A stretch of DNA of 64,000 nucleotides. Origin: Octopus sinensis. Taxonomy: Eukaryota. Where the stretch lies: the NCBI RefSeq assembly GCF_006345805.1, contig NC_043005.1, positions 11,408,001 through 11,472,000 of the forward strand. Direction: 5' to 3'. The position numbers and the translations under genes were made by a program. Under the pieces are notes generated by a model. It did no database searches, was not told the origin of the DNA, and saw only the letters and a list, made by a program, of their open reading frames with translations. Position 1 is the stretch's first letter. Each line of letters opens with the position of its first letter. Below, piece by piece: positions 26,427 through 39,283 of this stretch.

Positions 26427-26739
26427 AAGCCCTTTTCAAGCCAAGACAGGCTCATGGGCCCGGTTTCCCGGTTTCTGTGGCGTATGTGTTCCCCCCAGCT
26501 GAACGGGACGCCACTCCATCGCAGCGTTACTCAAGAAACATGAAGAGAGAGAGAGTGAGAGAAAGTTGTGGCGAAAGAGTACAAAAGGTGTCGCCCCCCC
26601 CCTGCGGAGCCTCGTGGACCTTTTAGGTGTTTTCGCTCAATAAACACACACAACGCCCGGTCTGGGAATCGAAACCGCGATCCTCCGACCGCGAGTCCGC
26701 TGCCCTAACCACTGGGCCATTGCGCCATTGCGCCTCCAC
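26427..26739 (-). mobile_element. SINE with family-B head and family-E tail; (GAA)n tail at 26373-26426
   Basis: Head matches B. The 3' part (gaaaccgggaaaccgggcccatgagcc) matches 24984-25251. Confidence 0.85.
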
Positions 26740-26769
26740 ATCTATTATATTACTGATTCCATATTGTTT

Positions 26770-27900
26770 GAGTTGACAATAAGTTCTTCTCTGACAGTAT
26801 CTGATCAAGACTTCACACGCTGACATATTTGTGCCACAGTAGTAGGTTCTCTTCCTGAATTCTTGGTTTCATCTCACATAAAACATTTGTATCACTTGTT
26901 GACAGAAACGGACAGTGATATACTAAACCCACGAGGATAGCTGTTAGTTTAGTTTTTAATTACTTTGATATTTATTTTCTTTGTTGCTTCTGTCATGTAT
27001 GTCTGGAATTCACGCCACACTAGTAATGCGAGTTTCTTCAAGAGATCACATGAAAGCTGCGCCCACAATTTCTCCAGTTGCCCTTTTGAACTGCATCGAA
27101 TAAGAACATCGGTTGGGATAATTTCTTAGAGTATTGTTTTCGTTTAGAGAATAGTAAAGACAGAATGTTTATGCCGTCTGTTTAGAACATCAGTATACTA
27201 TATCTTTATGACAAGTTTTTTTTTTCGTAGTCTTTTCAAGTTTTGTTAAAAATCACCGGATCAGTATCGCTTATTTGTTCTAGACTTGGTTTTTTTTTTA
27301 AATATTCGTATTAATCACACATTTCTTAAATATCAAAATTTCTTACATTCTCTGTAGACAACTTCATTGCAGCCCTGGTTTATATTCTCATGCATAAGTT
27401 GTATCTTTCCGTGAAATGATAGCAAAAATACGAAAGTTAATCAACCAACCTTCCTGGAATATTTCCCCCCTTTTTACTAACACCTTTGTATGTTATTCAC
27501 TTTGTTGAGACCGTATACCCCAATTCTTCGTTGATTGTGTATCCATAATTTCATAGTATTTTCCAATTGTGAGAATTTTTGTTTTTCACAACAAAATTTC
27601 CACCACGCTTCACGAATAAAAATTTTTCTGTTTGTGGTGAAAATAAGAAAAAAATGTTCAGGCTATATATTTGAACCAGCTGAAGAAAACATATTGCGTT
27701 GCGATATTGTTTGAAGGGGTCATATGAATCAGGGACTTAGCCTTGGAAGATATATGAACTTGGTAAAGTTATTGTTTGAACAATGTTGATGGAATATTTC
27801 TACGCTGTACAAATTTGCTGAGAAAAATTAGATAAACAAATTATTTCCTGTAATTTAAGTAAGCATATTTACTCTTGTATGCCTCACGGCATCAACCAGA
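26770..27900 (-). mobile_element. Degraded pogo/Tigger-like transposase relic
   Basis: Minus-strand fragments KFSQLENTMKLWIHNQRRIGV (~27580-27520, CENP-B-type HTH), FQEGWLINFR (~27459-27430) and DPVIFNKT (~27262-27241) in the expected order. Boundaries approximate, no TIRs found. Confidence 0.55.
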
Positions 27901-28352
27901 TTTCATTTGACGTTCATTTCAATAGAATCGTTCAGCTTCTGTCAGCCAGTACACAACCACCTGTCTAAAGACATCACTGTTGCTATTCTTACAGTACTTC
28001 TTCGGATCACGGAATAATGTCCTGAATCGAATAAGATATATAGCTTTTGAAACAGCACTTGGACGTTATTCGAATTGAATAGTCAGAAAGCGGTGTAAAT
28101 ATCTTGAATGGGGAAGAAGGCGTGTGATCAAGAGTATCTCGGAAGTTCTTGTCTTGCTGATGGCTACCAGATCTAAATGTGGTGTTAGAGGCAAACAGTG
28201 GGTGTCTCTCCTTCCATGGGAACTCCAGATCACGATAATTTATATTGCAAATTCTGAAATAAGGGGAGTAAAAACCTACTAAGATAGTAAGAAAGTGTCA
28301 CTTAGTAAGATACAAAAGTATTTTTTTGCACAGAAGCAAGTTATTTATCATC

Positions 28353-28901
28353 GAGTGAGGGAGCAGCGCGTGCTATCAAAGTGACACTGGAGTAAAATAT
28401 ACGAAGCCCGGTATAACCGTCATGACTACACGTTTGATAAGGGTACACTAGGCACATGCATCACTACCAAATGTGCATGAAATGGTGACTTCATATCACG
28501 ATAAACAGCGCATGGCCTTGCAGGTGGAGCCCACTTAGTATGTTCATCAGGTCAAGTAGTCCATCCCGCTCAAATGATCTTTGAATAAGGGTTGTTTAAT
28601 GATGTTGAACGAACCAACCATGTTTCCAGAGGTGAATTATCCAAATCCCAAAGAATCCCTCTGAACACATGGCTTTGATGTTCTAACACCACTTCTGCTC
28701 GTGACCAGAGATGCACATATCACCAGCCACTAAGGGACATGCTCAACTGGTTACGGTCAAACAACTGACAAGCAAATCTGTTGTATTTAGCAGAATATTT
28801 GTTGAAACCCATCTTTTATACCATAACAAAACGTGTACATAACGCTTCCAATCAGTTAAGATCAGAAGCCACGAGAAGAAATGCCTAGTACTGCATCAAA
28901 G

Positions 28902-28903
<2 letters not shown>
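28353..28903 (-). mobile_element. ~550-bp (AAT)n-associated repeat, family F, copy 1
   Basis: Colinear with copies at 28984, 35572 and 57844. Non-coding, with (ATT)n on its right. Confidence 0.85.
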
Positions 28904-28962
<59 letters not shown>

Positions 28963-28983
28963 GTTGTTATTGTTATTATTATT

Positions 28984-29538
28984 GAGTGAGAGAGCAGTAC
29001 ATGCCATTAAAGTAACACTGGGGTAAAATATACGAAGCTCCGTATACCCATCATGACTACCCGTCTGATAAGGGTACACCAGGCACATGCATTGCAACCA
29101 TATGTGTGCGACATGGTGATCTCATATCAATATAAACAGTGCATGATCTTGTAGGTGGGGCCCGGTTAGAATTTTCTTCTAGTCGAGTAGCCCATCCCGC
29201 TCAAAAGGTCCCTCAATAAGGATTGTTTAAGGATCTTGAACGAACCACCCATGTTTCTAGAGGTGAATTATCCAAACCCCAAAGAATCCTTCTTAACACA
29301 TGGCTATGATTCTCCCCTACTACATTTGCTCGTGATCAGAGATGCACATATCCTCAGCCACTAAGGGACATGCTCAACTGGTTAAGGTCAAACAACTGGC
29401 AAGCAAATCTGTGATAGTGAGCAGAATATTTGCTGTAGCCCATCATTTATGCCAAGACAAATCAATATACATGATAACACTTCCAATCAGTTACGATCAG
29501 AAGCCATGAGAGCCACTGTCTGGTACTGCACCAGGGAA
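28984..29538 (-). mobile_element. Family F copy 2 (tandem with copy 1)
   Basis: Separated from copy 1 by (ATT)n at 28904-28983 and followed by (ATT)n. Confidence 0.85.
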
Positions 29539-29561
29539 TTTTATTATTATTATTATTATTA

Positions 29562-29605
<44 letters not shown>

Positions 29606-29990
29606 GAACGTTGTAAATGCTGTCTTGTTTATGCTATGCGTTTCCTAATATGTCTATATAATATCCGGAGAAGAAAAAGACAAAAGTTGTGAAATGTTGA
29701 ATATCGTTACTGTTTTGATAAAATGATTGACCTTAATACTTCCAACCTTCGGTGTTAAAGAATAATTTGTCCTCAAGAAACTCTTCTTTTGTCATTTACG
29801 TTGCAGATTTTAGTCTAAATGTATAATCTTTTAAAAGGCAACATATTTGGTGCCAAACCTATGTCAGGAAATTAAAGGTCAGATTTTGAGATCTGTATAT
29901 GTTTATATGCTATGAAGAAAAAACGTAAATATAACCACCATTTTAAAGCTAAGGAAGTCATTTGATATTTCTCAGACATAGTGGAATTAT

Positions 29991-30033
<43 letters not shown>

Positions 30034-30062
30034 GATTGCATACATAATACACTCTCTCTTTC

Positions 30063-30107
<45 letters not shown>

Positions 30108-30129
30108 ACACAGCCGCGCACTGTAGTTT

Positions 30130-30318
30130 GATGCTACTGTAGTTTGTAGCCCCAGGAGGACACCTCCTCCAGCTGGCTATAGACACACTTTCTGTGCCCT
30201 ATCATAAGTTGAAGACGGGAAGGATGGCTTCCCTTTGCAAATGCTGATAGGCACAGAAAGTGTGTCTATAGCCAGCTGGAGGAGGTGTCCTCCTGGGGCT
30301 ACAAACTACAGTAGCATC
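30130..30318. repeat. Near-perfect hairpin, 75-bp arms and 40-bp loop
   Basis: 30130-30204 is the reverse complement of 30245-30318 with one indel. Confidence 0.92.
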
Positions 30319-30665
30319 CACCCTTAGGGGTTAGCCATATTCAAATGGCAAATATACGTCACGATATGTTGCTGCTACTGTGTATAACTCGCTCTGAGAT
30401 TTATCATTATTTTATATACTTTTCCCCCTATTTTCTTGTTGGGTCCTTTTTTTTCTACTTCCTAGACTAAGGAGAGGACTTTCAGGTTTGTATACTATAT
30501 TCTTCCCATTTATGGGTTTGGGGTTTTGCAGGAGTAGGGAAGATGTTCTCTAACAGTATCAGGTCCAATTTCTCTTGATAATACTTGGACTGCAGAGCAT
30601 GTCAAGTCATCCAGTCTGTCGAAATTCAGACAGTCTACTTCAATGAGCTTAAATGTTCTCTGGAA

Positions 30666-31105
30666 TCTCTCTCTATATAAACGGCAGTTTGTCTGTCTGT
30701 GTGTCTGTGTGGCTGTCAGGTTGTACCCTCACCCTGATCACGGCTTTCAACCGATTCTGATGGAACTTGACACACACATAGCCCAATGTCATAATTCAAA
30801 ACTAACGCAGTGAAAATTTTGAAAAGTTCCCCCAGTTCTGAAAACAATCGATAAATTCGACATGGGGTCGAGAATCTAAGCTTTTTATATGCAACACATT
30901 TTCTGTCTAGGGGACACAACTCGACCTTTTTATCGCCCAAAGGGACAGCTAAGAACATCGTATACACAGAAGTATTCGAGTGAAGAGAAGACATTGCAAC
31001 CTACACATGCGCCTTCGTTCCCTAGAGGGAAAGGACTAGATTGGGATTAGTCGTTGCCTACTAGGGGCTCTTACATACCCGGGAAACGCCGGGCTATGCT
31101 GCTAG
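30666..31105 (+). mobile_element. Non-autonomous Helitron (family H2)
   Basis: a|TCtctctctatataaacggcag start, hairpin cccgggaaacgccggg (31078-31093), CTAG|t end. Confidence 0.82.
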
Positions 31106-31109
31106 TCTG

Positions 31110-32000
31110 TTATATTTAGTAATTTTTTCATACCGTTGTTTTGTCTCTTGTAAACTTGGAACGTATTTACGCTGATTCTTGTGTATTGATTTTGTGGTCT
31201 CTCTTTTCTTTTTTCTTATTGCTTCAATCAGCCCATCCTCTGTATCTCTTCTAGTAGATCTGCATGGTGGCTTGTGTTGTTATTCTGTTTGTTGTAGGGT
31301 GTGGGTCTGGTCTTATATTGTCGTATCTCTGTATTTAGCTGTGTGTTTCTCTAGCTTTTTGAGTTTCTAGATTTCTTTTTCTCTGGGTGTATTTTTGGTG
31401 CGCTGCACTGTAAATGCAGATCACTCATCGTGTAGACATCTGTGTAGGGTTCTCATTTGTTTGGGCTCACATTTATTTTATTTACATTTTTGTGGTTCGT
31501 TTGTGTGTTGTGTGTGTGTGTGTGCGTATGTTGTTTAGTCTTATATGTTTTGGGGAACATAGGTTCTGTGCCATTTTCGCTCTTTTGTCACTCATTGTTT
31601 TGTGTGGTTGAATGTTCTCTTCTATTTATTTTCAAGGTGCATTCTGCATATCTGTGTCTATCTCGACGTTAAAAACTTCAGATCCACATAACATAAACCT
31701 TCGCACCTTGTTTGCTGTTATATTTTTCCTTACATCTTTGGTAATTTTTTCCCATTTTTTCCATGGTTCATTTATGATGTATTTTATGGGTAGAGTGTTA
31801 CTGTGTAGAATGCAAATAATACTTCAATGCTATCGTCATTTATGCTGAGTCCTCTTTCAGTTTTCCTTTTCGTTTGGAGGTTGACATTAGGAATCTAGTC
31901 AATGAGGTCGTCCTTTGAGAGGATACCGTCTATGAGTTCCGTCTATGAAAACGTTTTTCGTTTCCTGAATGCATGAAGCTCACAGACAGAAGGTTTTCCT
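31110..32000 (-). mobile_element. Possible decayed LINE 5' region / ORF1 relic
   Basis: Strongly A/C-skewed minus strand with protein-like fragments (ELIDGILSKDDLID, a KVRR..LCGSE knuckle-like remnant). No diagnostic motif intact. Confidence 0.25.
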
Positions 32001-33634
32001 TTCTTTCTTTCCTTTTTCTTTTTTTTTTATTTCGTTCTTTGTTTCTTTGTTTGTTTGCTTCTTTAATTTCTTTTTGTAGATAGATTTATCTCCGGGCGTA
32101 ACTGCTTAGTTGTGTTTTTTAAAGACATATTTATAAATAATTCGCTCCTTTTATGTTCGTTGCATAAGCTCTTACTGTTTTTCTTTTGTTTCGCCTGTGT
32201 CAAGTATTTTTTTTAGTGTGTGTGTGTGTGTATGCGTTATATAAACATTGTACACGTCGTTGTATAAACATTAGATTGTATACGTAATCGTTTAATAAAT
32301 GAAAATGTATACATGGTTATATAAACATTAACGCGTGTACATAATGAATCAATTTACGTGGTTACTGTGCTGTCTCCTTATAGTTCCTTGCTTTGATTTT
32401 GTTTTCGCGCGTCTGAATGAGATATCACGCGTTGACGAAATTATGCTTTATTTAACAATAACTTTTCGCTTATATTTTTGTGTTGATTTTCATTAAATGA
32501 TTCGCAAGAAATTTGAGGACTTTCCAAAAATAACTTGAGCAATCTTCTTTTTATTCCGCCGAATTTAGATTAACATGCTTAGCGGCATTTTGCCCATCTC
32601 TGCGTTCTGAGTTCAAACTTCACCGAGATCGACTTTACATTTCATCTTCTCGGGGTCGATCAAATAAGTACCCGTTGAGCACTGGGGTCGAGAAGCTTCT
32701 TAATCCATAATTCTAGGCCTTATGCCGATACTAGAAAGCATTATTAAGAAAGCGAACTGACAGAATTATTAGCATGCTGCACAAAATGCTCAGCGCTATT
32801 TCATCTGTCCATACATTCTACGTGTAAATTCCGCCGTTGCTTTCATCTTTTCGGGGTTGATAAAATAAGTACCAGTTGAGTATTGGGGTCGACGTAATCG
32901 ACTTACCCCACCCAGAACTTGCTGGTCTTGTGTCGAACTAGCTCGTCTTCTCCTCTCCTCTCCTCTCCTGTTAAACAGACACTCGCACAGGCACAAACAT
33001 AATCGAGACTCCACAGACATTGGTTCCTACACATCTCGAAATGAAGATGAGGAGGAACCCAAAAACCGAAAGAAAAAAACAAAACAAACAAAATTCCTTG
33101 TGTCACACCAACGTATACACCACAGAACACTCCCAAAACAAATATAGACACATCGACCACAACATCAACCCCACAACCTTCACGACCGTCAACAAAACTA
33201 CCACTAACATCACCAGCACAACCAACACTGCTACTATTCCAACAGACATCAAAAAGAAAGCTAAGTCAACATTAGTCAACAACACAGACACCAACTTTCA
33301 TGCTAGTAGGGCGAGTCAACGAACACTCATAACCCTCATAGCACAAAGTAAAGATAATGAGAGAGCTGAGTTAATTTTCCGTACTAACAATAAAGTGTCA
33401 CAAACTTTAGTGTTAGTGCGCATGACACTCGGGACGTAGAAAAAACATTTGGGATGTATCCGCCACGACGTGAAAACACCTAATGTAATAGCTAACAGCA
33501 GACTTTTAAAGGTGTTCCCAAAGGAACTGCAACCAAATACAGAGGTCGAACCACTCGTCCAATAATAGTAGTGAGAAGGTTAGTAACCCCACTATTCTCT
33601 TTTCTCGCAACTCTTTCCGGCCAACAAGGCGAGT

Positions 33635-35490
33635 ACTAGAGTAGGTTGTATAAATGTAGGTGTCCCTGGAGTAATCCTGGAAGCAAGGTCACCTATTAAA
33701 TGACCTTAGGTCACTAGGTCTGGATGTGACAGCTGTCAGCGAGATCAGAGTTTCCGATATGCGTGCATATAGATCTACACATGTGTTTCTACCTTAAATG
33801 GAAAGTGGGGTCGCAGTTCAGTTTAGGAAAGGTTTGGATTCCGAAATACTACCAACTTACCATCTTGGATACGGACGATAAGCTGGTAATCCTGGATGTG
33901 AGCAATAGCAAACGTGGTAATTTTAGACTAGACGTTGAGTATACGCTCATTGGCATGGGGCAGCCTCTTCAAAGGTTTGGATGTTTTCCTTGGGACATCT
34001 CGCTCTCTGGATCTAAAGGGTAATCGGATCACCATCTTTGATGCATACCTAAAGGGTGTGAGACTAACCAATAGGGGTGGGGGTGTAAAAGAGGTGAGGG
34101 TGTAACAAGAACTGACTGGATATCGCAAATGCGTTATTGTGAACATGGGCAACAGATATAAGTAACCGAAGTTTGCACAATTCAGAGTCGTCGACTATAC
34201 AGATCACAAATTTGTGATCTACGCGGTCGACCTAGATAGAATCCATTGGCAAGGATCCGAATACAGGAAGCTGAACGCGTCTCTTCTGGCACGTGAAGCT
34301 TTCGTAGATGGGGTTAGCAAATTTTCCATTGGAAGTTGTTGAGTGCAATCGTCAACAACACATGGTGGATAGACCTGATAAGAACCATCAGAATAGAGAT
34401 GGTAGGACTTGGTAACAAAATTACGTTAGAAGAAATGTGGAATAGAGGGAGATTTAGTTAAAAAGCTAAAAGAGACATTAAGAAGAGGCATAGAGACCGA
34501 TATGTTGGCGACGAAATTGGCTCTTGATCAATTCTTCATCACCAAGGACGAAGGTTGCGTTTTTAGAGCTAAAGTGCATGTTGGAATTTGACAGGCCGGG
34601 ACGGACGCATGCTACTCGAATCCAAATAGATGTATGCAGAATTTCGGTGACACTTTACCGAACTGTACGGAGCACATGTTGAGCCGCTGATGGAATCAGT
34701 ATTCATCTCCTATCTCGATGGCATGCCGCGCCTGTTGACCAGGGATGTGGGGTTCTGTGAAATGCCAATAACAGCCAAAGACATACGGGACGCGATGATG
34801 AGCTGCTCAAGGGAAAAATCTCTCGAGCTGGATGATTCACACTTAGATCTTTATCGTCGTAGTTTTTTGGTGATCTCTTGACTGGTGTCTACCGCAACTG
34901 GCAGCAAAACGGGAGAATCTTAATGCTCCAAGCCGTGGCATGAGAGAGCTGCTGAAAAAGGAGCCCAACATGGGACACCAGATAAATAATTTTAGGCTGA
35001 TAACTCTGCTGAACGCACATCACTAGATTTTGGTCAAGGTGTTAGCCAAGAGGTTAGTGCTTGTTGTTGATAGACTGATCAGTGACGCACAACCCTACCT
35101 CACGCGTCACATCATAGAGATGGCGTGTTTCGGTCCAGTTCTCAGAAGCTGAATAGCCGCAATGAATAGCGACATCAGCTCGGTGTTTAAAGTAAATAGC
35201 CACCTATCGGAATCGTTAAGTGTGGCACATTCAGCCTGTCAAGGATGCCCACTCTCGCTCCTTCTGTCCGTGCTGTCTCTATGGAAGCTGGTTGTTTAGA
35301 GGGGGGACAAATATGAAATTAGATGCGGAACATTCGTGTCAGCTTATGTGGACGACATCACCTTTTCAGTGTTCAGCGTTTCGGAAATCGAGGAGATTAG
35401 CATTACTCTAAGGGAGTACGAAACGGTGATAAGAGAAAGGATTAATCCGGACAAGTCGGTGAACCTGCAGTTTGGCACCTGGAGAGGCAG
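33635..35490 (+). mobile_element. Degraded L1/Tx1-type LINE ORF2 (APE endonuclease + RT)
   Basis: Broken-frame motifs RVGCINV, LLNDLRSLGLDVTAVSE, DDKLVILDV, YTDHKFV, KLNASLL, LLKKEPN...NFRLITLLNA...ILVKVLAKRL, GCPLS and SAYVDDITF. Many stops, frameshifts and deletions. Confidence 0.88.
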
Positions 35491-35571
35491 GGCCATTCTG
35501 GAAGATAGCGTTGCTTTGTGTTTTTGTTATGTATTTGTCTGAATATTATTATTATTATTATTATTATTATT

Positions 35572-36088
35572 GAGTGAGAGAGTGGTTCATGCCATCAAAG
35601 TGACACTGGGGTAAAATATACGAAGCCCAATATACCCATCATGACTACCCTTCTGATAAAGGTACACCAGGCACATGCATCACAACCATATGTGCGTGAC
35701 ATGGTGATCTCATATCAAGATAAACAGCACATGACCTTGCAGGTGGGGCCCAGTTAGAATTTTCTTCAGGTTGAGTAGCCATCCCGCTCAAAAGGTCCCT
35801 GAATAAGGATTGTTTAAGGATGTTGAAAGAACCACCCATGTTTCCAGAGGTGAATTATTCAAACCCCAAAGAATCCCTCTCAACACATGGCTATGATGCT
35901 CCCCCACTACTTCTGCTCGTGATCAGAGATGCACATATCGTCAGCCACTAAGGGACAGGCTCAACTGGTTAAGGTCAAACAACTAACAAGCAAATCTGTG
36001 GTATTGAGCAGAATATTTGCTGTAGCCCATCTTTTATACAAAGACAAAACATGTACATGATAACGCTTCCAATCAGTTAAGATCAGAA
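35572..36088 (-). mobile_element. Family F copy 3
   Basis: Flanked by (ATT)n on both sides. Lacks ~30 bp of one end. Confidence 0.85.
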
Positions 36089-36092
36089 TGAG

Positions 36093-36228
<136 letters not shown>

Positions 36229-36633
36229 ACATCATTATTATCGTTAATATGATTATGAATATTATTATTATTACTGTAAGTGTAGAAAGAAAAATTGTTG
36301 TTGTTAGTATTGTTGTTATTGTTGCTGCTGGGTTTAATCTGAATGGTCGTATTCGCTTTGTTCTCTGCAGTATTATTGGATGATATCGTTTTAGTGCTTG
36401 CAAGGTGAAATGTTTTTGCATTTTCTTTTTACCTAGGGGAAACCTTCAAAAAGATATTGCGTCCAAACCGTTTAGCCTGAGGTGAAAAAAATGCAGTATG
36501 GTTTTGAATTATATAGGTTTTAATATTTGTATACATTTCACTTTCTATTGTATACCGACTCATGTGCTGGAACGGTGAGAAGACATTATCACCGCTGAAT
36601 TGGTTGCAATAACATAAACAAACACACCCATTA

Positions 36634-36643
36634 ATGAACACAA

Positions 36644-36674
<31 letters not shown>

Positions 36675-36790
36675 AATACACACACACACCAACACACACA
36701 CACACACACCACACACAAACACACACCACACACACACACACAAACACACACACAACACAAACACACACAACAAACACACACACACCACAA

Positions 36791-36823
<33 letters not shown>

Positions 36824-36861
36824 AACACACACACACCAAACACACACACACACACACGCAA

Positions 36862-36892
<31 letters not shown>

Positions 36893-37373
36893 ACAAACAC
36901 ACAACACACAACACACACACACAAACACACACACACACAAACACACACCACACACACCACACACACAAACACACACACACACAAACACACACACCACACA
37001 AACACACACAACACACACACAAACACACAACACACAAACACACACACACACACACACATACAAACACACACACACAACACCACACACACACACACCACAA
37101 CACACACACACACCACACACAAACACACACACACACACACAACCACACACACACACAAACACACACACACACACAAACACACAACACACACATACAACAC
37201 ACACACACCACACAAACACACACACACACAAACACACACACAAACACACACATAAACACACACACACACAAACACACACGCAAACACACACACACACACA
37301 AACACACACACAACACAACACACACACCAACACACACACAAACACACACCACACACAAATACACACACACACA

Positions 37374-37407
<34 letters not shown>

Positions 37408-37429
37408 ACATACAAACACACACACACAA

Positions 37430-37476
<47 letters not shown>

Positions 37477-37497
37477 CATACACACAAGCACACACAA
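36634..37497. repeat. ~860-bp degenerate (CA)n/(CAA) tract
   Basis: Almost purely A/C on the + strand. Source of the spurious 288-407 aa ORFs. Confidence 0.95.
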
Positions 37498-37740
37498 AAC
37501 AGCTGAAGAAACAATGGAATTGATAACCCATTGAAAGAAAAATTAAAAAAGAAAACCCGGGGAAGCCTAAGATCTCCAACGAACGGCGGTAACGATATTG
37601 TCTTGAATATACGAAGCGATAATTGCAGCAAAGTTCGTTGCATTTCTCTCACACTAACGAACGTAGCAGCAACTAGAGATAGTTTAGATTATACATACAT
37701 ACATACATACATACATACATACATACATACATACATACAT

Positions 37741-37906
37741 AGGCGCAGGAGTGGCTGTGTGGTAAGTAGCTTGTTTACCAACCACATGGTACCGGGTTCA
37801 GTCTCACTGCGTAGCACCTTGGGCAAGTGTCTTCTACTATAGCCTCGGGCCGACCAAAGCCTTGTGAGTGGATTCGGTAGACGGAAACTGAAAGAAGCCC
37901 GTCGTA

Positions 37907-37937
<31 letters not shown>

Positions 37938-38160
37938 GCGTGTGTGCATGTATGTTTGTGCGTCTGTGTTTGTCCCCCTAGCATTGCTTGACAACCGATG
38001 CTGGTGTGTTTACGTCCCCGTAACTTAGCGGTTCGGCAAAACAGACCGATAGAATAAGTATTGGGCTTACAAAAGAATAAGTCCCGGGGTCGAGTTGCTC
38101 GATTAAAGGCGATGCTCCAGCATGGCCGCAGTCAAATGACTGAAACAAGTAAAAGAGAAA
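37741..38160 (+). mobile_element. SINE family A
   Basis: Full copy directly after (ACAT)n. Confidence 0.9.
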
Positions 38161-38192
38161 AGAGAAAAAGAGAATACATATATGAAGAGAGA

Positions 38193-38229
<37 letters not shown>

Positions 38230-38536
38230 GCTAGTGAGAGAGAAGGGGACCAGACAAAGTGCCTGACAAAGAGAGAGAGAGAGAGTAACATAGAAAAGAA
38301 ATAGACTGATAGGAAGAGAAGTAATGGCGCTGATCCTGACTCTTCATCGCAACATAACAAGACCAGCACAGTAGATAATATTGGATTCAAATTTTGGCAC
38401 TGAGGAAGCGATTTTGGTGGAAAGGGTAAGTCAATTACATCGACCCCAGTGCTCAACTGGTATTCCTAAAGTATTTTTCGAGACCTAAACAACAACAACA
38501 ACAACAATAATAATATTAATAATAATAATAATAATG

Positions 38537-38584
<48 letters not shown>

Positions 38585-38591
38585 TAATAAT

Positions 38592-38970
38592 AAAGAAAAT
38601 ATAAAGACCTACTCATTGAAATTGAGAAAATGTGGCATCTCAAGGCGGTTACAATACCAGTGATCGTAGGAGCACTAGGAATGGTCAAGAAGGGAACCGA
38701 AAATTCTATGAGAATGATCCCTGGCTTACCATCCCTGCAAGATGTGCAAAAGATTGTCTTAACTGGTACATCACACGTATTGAGAAGAGCATTGTCGATG
38801 TGAGAATTATTGCTACCCATGTATTTTAATTTAACTTAAAAAAAAAAATGAACGAACTATTGAGTTTAGTTTAATGGCCTACCAATGTATACTATGAGTT
38901 TCTTTGCCCTAGGAGTCGGGAAGACACTCGGCAAGAAATGGAAGCAAATTTGAAAGAAGAAAAAAAAGTA
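38592..38970 (+). mobile_element. 5'-truncated R4/Dong-like non-LTR retrotransposon (restriction-like endonuclease C-terminus + 3' UTR)
   Basis: Open frame RKYKDLLIEIEKMWHLKAVTIPVIVGALGMVKKGTENSMRMIPGLPSLQDVQKIVLTGTSHVLRRALSM*, matching the KY.DL..E...W......P...GALG REL signature. Flanked on both sides by (AAT)n. Confidence 0.82.
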
Positions 38971-39008
38971 ATAATAATAATAATAATAATAATATAATAA
39001 TAATAATA

Positions 39009-39047
<39 letters not shown>

Positions 39048-39048
39048 G

Positions 39049-39195
39049 CAACATCGAAAAATACATTAGGAATGAGAACCCAGGTTCGAAATTTCCCTAA
39101 GACACCTGATGAAGGCTGGAGGGTATATCAGCCGAAATGTGTTAACAACAAACAAGATGAGGACAAACATCCTCAAATGTAAATAATGTAAATAA
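39049..39195 (+). mobile_element. Penelope-like terminal fragment with a damaged hammerhead (39101-39143)
   Basis: GACAC-CTGATGA-A-GGCTG(gagggtatat)CAGCC-GAAA-TGTGTT. Core and stem II are canonical, and GACAC/GTGTT can form stem I, but stem III and the cleavage triplet are missing. Confidence 0.6.
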
Positions 39196-39222
39196 TGTTC
39201 ATCAGGGCATTTATCATCATCA

Positions 39223-39283
<61 letters not shown>

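Noticed and set aside
33020-33439. 139-aa T/N/K-rich ORF
   Set aside because: Low-complexity A/C-skewed sequence next to the LINE relic; at most an ORF1 remnant.
36429-37652. 288-407 aa ORFs (Cys/Val or His/Thr rich)
   Set aside because: Translations of a CA-rich simple repeat that cannot contain stops.
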